This document shows, one piece after another, positions 60,307 to 64,000 of a stretch of 64,000 nt of DNA (within the stretch, counting starts at the first letter, position 1; the number at the start of each line of letters is the position of its first letter). The notes below the pieces were generated by a model, which saw only the letters and a program-made list of their open reading frames with translations, searched no databases and was not told where the DNA came from. The translations under genes and the position numbers were made by a program. This DNA comes from Desulfatiglandales bacterium (GTDB lineage: Bacteria > Desulfobacterota > DSM-4660 > Desulfatiglandales > Desulfatiglandaceae): assembly GCA_963662465.1 (NCBI GenBank), contig OY759599.1:8064001-8128000 (forward strand), given 5' to 3'.

Positions 60307-61458
60307 ATGATGACGGATGCAGATGAAAGGATAAAACCGCTTTTGGAAAACCCCACATATGTCACCAGGCCCGCCCTCCCACCGCTGGCCGAATTTATGG
60401 GCTATCTGGAGAAAATCTGGGACAACAAGATCCTGACCAACAACGGTCCCTTCCATCAGCAGCTTGAAAAGGAACTGGCCCAGTATCTGGGCGTGCAATA
60501 CCTTTCCCTGTTTTCAAACGGCACTCTGGCTCTGATGACGGCCCTGCAGGTCCTGCGCATTACGGGCGAAGTCATCACCACCCCCTTCAGTTTTGTGGCG
60601 ACCACCCATGCCCTTTGGTGGAACAACATCAAGCCCGTGTTTGTGGATATCGAACCCGACACCTTCAACCTGGACCCAAGCAAGGTTGAATCGGCTATTA
60701 CGCCAAAGACCACGGCCCTGTTGCCGGTACATGTGTACGGCAACCCGTGCGACGTGGATACGCTTGGGGTGATATGCGATATTTATGGGCTTAGGCTTAT
60801 TTACGATGCGGCCCATACCTTCGGGGTCAAGATCAATGGCACATCGGTTGCCGATTTCGGGGATCTCTCCGTTCTCAGTTTCCATGCCACCAAGGTTTTC
60901 AACACCTTTGAGGGCGGGGCTATTATCTGCCATGACCAGGCTACCAAAAAAAGGATCGATTATCTCAAGAATTTCGGCTTTGCCGGAGAGACCATCGTTG
61001 TCGCTCCGGGCATCAATGGTAAGATGAACGAGCTACAGGCGGCCTTTGGCCTTTTGCAGCTTAAATACATTGACGAGAATATCGACAAACGGAAGGCGGT
61101 TGCCGAAAGATACCGGGAAGGGCTGAGGCACATCAAGGGGATTCGATTTATTGAGGACATCCCCGGGGTTCATCACAACTATGCCTATTTTCCGATCTTT
61201 ATCCATGAAGACTACAGCAGTCCCCGGGACGCCCTGTACGAAGAACTTAAAAGCCACAATATTTATGGTCGTCGCTATTTTTACCCCCTAATCAGCAGCT
61301 TCCCCGCCTATCGGGGACTGGAATCTGCCGACCCCGCCAATCTCCCAGTGGCAACCCGTATTGCGGAGCAGGTGTTGTGCCTCCCCATGTTCCCGGATCT
61401 GGAGCCGGAGGTTCAGGACAGAGTGATTGAGATTTGCGCAACCTTTTCTGTCTCCTGA
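60307..61458 (+). CDS. DegT-family sugar aminotransferase, VioA-like
   Basis: LTNNGP, NGTLAL, YDAAH, SFHATKVFNTFEGG, GINGKMNE. Confidence 0.9.
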   Translation: MMTDADERIKPLLENPTYVTRPALPPLAEFMGYLEKIWDNKILTNNGPFHQQLEKELAQYLGVQYLSLFSNGTLALMTALQVLRITGEVITTPFSFVATTHALWWNNIKPVFVDIEPDTFNLDPSKVESAITPKTTALLPVHVYGNPCDVDTLGVICDIYGLRLIYDAAHTFGVKINGTSVADFGDLSVLSFHATKVFNTFEGGAIICHDQATKKRIDYLKNFGFAGETIVVAPGINGKMNELQAAFGLLQLKYIDENIDKRKAVAERYREGLRHIKGIRFIEDIPGVHHNYAYFPIFIHEDYSSPRDALYEELKSHNIYGRRYFYPLISSFPAYRGLESADPANLPVATRIAEQVLCLPMFPDLEPEVQDRVIEICATFSVS

Positions 61459-61559
61459 CGCGCAACCAGCATCCGATTCACAGCGACATTGAATTCGCTG
61501 AATTTGTTTCAATTGCCAATAATGCGACGGTCGGGGGTAACGTACATGTCCAAAAGGGC

Positions 61560-61711
61560 GTCCATATAGGACCAATGCAAGTATAAGGGAAGATATCGAG
61601 ATTGGCGAATTTAGCGTTATCGGGATGGGGTCGGTGGTATTGAAAAACGTGCCGCCAAGGTGTGTTGTCGCAGGAAATCCCGCCAAGATAATCCGAACAT
61701 TAGTTAGTTGA
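61560..61711 (+). pseudogene. Hexapeptide acetyltransferase 3' fragment
   Basis: IEIGEFSVIGMGSVVLKNVPPRCVVAGNPAKII*. Confidence 0.7.
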
Positions 61712-61803
61712 AGTAGCACGTCAACGGTCATGATCTGGATATACAAAATGTGAACAATATTGCCACGATAATTATTCAATTAATATGAGAACAGGTTAAT
61801 TTT

Positions 61804-62946
61804 ATGAAACATCATCAGTATAATCCGGAATTCGTTTTTTTCAAAGATCCTGTAGAATTCAACAAGTTTACAGAAAAAAGCTTGTTACAGTACTGTCTTG
61901 GGGCAACGCTATATATGCCCGGCACCCAACAAATTGTTAATAGGATCTTAGATAAAGACCTGCCGGACCTAACATCGATGGTCATGTGCTTCGAAGATTC
62001 CGTTCATGAAAAAGATCTTCCTAAAGCAGAGGATAATGTATTAAAACATCTGGAAATAATCTCAACCTCAATAGATTCTGGAAAAATCACCCATGACGAC
62101 GTTCCGTTAACTTTTTTGAGAGTTCGAAATCCTGAACAGTTTAAAAGCTTTGCTGCAAGACTGACCCATATGCAGGCGGAAGTCCTGTCCGGTTTTGTTT
62201 TCCCTAAGTTTTATAGCAGCAATGGGCATGAGTACTTCAGGTTTCTTGAATCACTGAATAGAAAATTAGATGTCAAATTGTATGGAATGCCTATCCTTGA
62301 AGGCAGAAACATTGCTTTAATAGAAACGAGAACCGATGAATTACGCCAGATCAGAAATCTGTTGAGTCCATACAGGGAAATTGTACTGAACATCAGGGTT
62401 GGTGGGACTGACCTTTCCTCAATATTCGGAGTCAGAAGAGGCATAAACTATTCTATTTACGATATACTGACAGTCAGAGATTGTCTTTCCGATATTTTGA
62501 ATTTCTTTAGCAGAGATGAAGAAGACTATGTCATTTCGGCACCTGTGTGGGAATACTTTTTGCTATATAACAAGGATGATCTCAAAATTTTGCTCGAAGA
62601 AAACATACATCGCTCGTTATTGCGAAGAAATCTCATTTTAAATGAAGCGATTGATGGACTCTTGCGAGAGGTCATTCTGGATAAGGCAAATGGTTTTGTC
62701 GGAAAGACAGTCATTCATCCATCACACTTGAAGTTTGTAAATGCCATGCAGGCCGTCACGAAGGAGGAATATGAAGATGCGCTTCAAATTCTTGGTACTT
62801 CGGGCGGGGTGATAAAAAGCACTAATTCAAACAAAATGAATGAAATAAACCCGCATAGAAGTTGGGCAAAAAAAATTGTCAACAGGTCCGAGGCATTTGG
62901 TGTCGTTGAAAACCAAAATTCGTATTTGGAATTATTTTTGGCATAG
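61804..62946 (+). CDS. HpcH/HpaI aldolase / citrate lyase beta-like protein
   Basis: LGATLYMP, CFEDS, FLRVRN, FVFPKF, MPILE, RVGGTD, GKTVIHP. Confidence 0.85.
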   Translation: MKHHQYNPEFVFFKDPVEFNKFTEKSLLQYCLGATLYMPGTQQIVNRILDKDLPDLTSMVMCFEDSVHEKDLPKAEDNVLKHLEIISTSIDSGKITHDDVPLTFLRVRNPEQFKSFAARLTHMQAEVLSGFVFPKFYSSNGHEYFRFLESLNRKLDVKLYGMPILEGRNIALIETRTDELRQIRNLLSPYREIVLNIRVGGTDLSSIFGVRRGINYSIYDILTVRDCLSDILNFFSRDEEDYVISAPVWEYFLLYNKDDLKILLEENIHRSLLRRNLILNEAIDGLLREVILDKANGFVGKTVIHPSHLKFVNAMQAVTKEEYEDALQILGTSGGVIKSTNSNKMNEINPHRSWAKKIVNRSEAFGVVENQNSYLELFLA

Positions 62947-63033
62947 CTGGTTTACGGGAATACTACTTTTAATGTGTTGACCCGAGAAGAAGTGCAGTTG
63001 TTTTGGAATAAACGAAAAATAGGGAATACCAAA

Positions 63034-63927
63034 ATGAAAGAGACCAGATTGTTTTTACATAAAATAGGGATGCCGTCCGGTGATGCATACGATCTGCCGA
63101 CATCCAAGAAAAGATTTTCAGACGGTGCGCAATACCGGTTTGAAGTTCCGGGGATTCAAGGCCCCGGGGCCATGAATGCGCTGCTGGAAGAGGTCGCTGC
63201 GAACGGGATGGCGATTCATCGGGTGACCCAGACGAAAGGCATTATGCTTTTGTCGGATGATGACATTCAACAAATGGTCGCTTTAGCACAGAAGTGGCAA
63301 GTTGAGTTGGTTTTGGCGATCGGTCCCCGGGCCACCTATGATACCAGCGCTTCCGTTCACACGCCGGAAGGCCAAAGAATGGGATACCGGCTCCGCGGCC
63401 AGGAACAAATTGTCCGCGCGATTGAAGATGTGAAGCGGGCCGTTGCTTTCGGCTGCCGGGCGTTTTTGATTTATGATGAAGGCTGCTTGTGGGTGCTGAA
63501 CGAGGCACGCAACCACGGCGAGATTCCTGCGGATTGCAAATTTAAAGTTTCCGCACATTGTGGGCATGGTAATCCGTGCTCAGTCAAACTCCTGGAAAGC
63601 ATTGGCGCCAATTCAGTCAATCCGATCCGGGATATTCAGCTCCAAATGCTGGCCGCGCTTCGTCAGGCCATCGACATCCCGCTTGATGTCCATACCGAAA
63701 ACCCGGCATCCTCAGGCGGATTTATCCGGCATTATGAAGTGCCTGAAATGATACGTGTAGCCGCGCCTATTTATCTGAAAACCGGTGGTTCGGTTGCCAA
63801 GACGCACAGTTGGGAATCCTCCGACGCCGATGCAAAAAAGCGGGCAAAGCAGGTGATGCTGGTGAAGCGGGTTATCGAGAGTTATTACCCGGATGCCGTA
63901 AGCTCAGTTAAGGGGTTCATAAAATAA
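63034..63927 (+). CDS. U32 peptidase-like TIM-barrel protein
   Basis: RFEVP, FKVSAHCGHGNP, GANSVNP, IPLDVH, PIYLK. Confidence 0.6.
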   Translation: MKETRLFLHKIGMPSGDAYDLPTSKKRFSDGAQYRFEVPGIQGPGAMNALLEEVAANGMAIHRVTQTKGIMLLSDDDIQQMVALAQKWQVELVLAIGPRATYDTSASVHTPEGQRMGYRLRGQEQIVRAIEDVKRAVAFGCRAFLIYDEGCLWVLNEARNHGEIPADCKFKVSAHCGHGNPCSVKLLESIGANSVNPIRDIQLQMLAALRQAIDIPLDVHTENPASSGGFIRHYEVPEMIRVAAPIYLKTGGSVAKTHSWESSDADAKKRAKQVMLVKRVIESYYPDAVSSVKGFIK

Positions 63928-63931
63928 AGAG

Positions 63932-64000
63932 ATGAAAGTGATGGATAAAATCAAACTGATATTGGGAGCCATGACTTTTGGACCTCAGGTGGATGTTGAG
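63932..64000 (+). CDS. Probable aldo/keto reductase, N-terminus (runs off the right edge)
   Basis: LILGAMTFG. Confidence 0.55.
   Translation, partial: MKVMDKIKLILGAMTFGPQVDVE

Overview
Bacterial window, most likely from an anaerobic Desulfobacterota-type organism (inferred from gene content). 1-17.5 kb is ordinary chromosome: two-component kinases, an RhlE-type helicase, larA-iorA-iorB-dctQM and an HD-GYP regulator. An intact tmRNA gene (17765-18118) is followed by a tyrosine-integrase island carrying an excisionase, an AEP primase-like gene, a VirD4/HerA-like ATPase and three copies of one uncharacterised domain. From 25.4 kb the DNA is a patchwork: a serine-recombinase relic, an ORF-less group II intron, and short cargo pieces joined at co-oriented motifs ending in CCCC. 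It includes an AT-rich block (about 28.5-39.1 kb) that looks archaeal: a truncated MCM helicase, BRE/TATA promoters and periodic palindromes, interrupted by an IS21 and an IS701-like element. 39.4-64 kb is a surface-polysaccharide locus. Intact sugar genes alternate with diverged partial copies of themselves and with small cassettes (many toxin-antitoxin pairs, a toxin-antitoxin-SecB chaperone triad, Bro-N, GxxExxY, ImmA/IrrE). The joints fall at 7-mer and 9/10-mer tandem repeats and REP/RAYT-like half-sites. The best candidate for an undescribed system is this repeat-delimited DNA-capture array, which appears to have taken up archaeal DNA. All family calls are by motif recognition; no searches were run.
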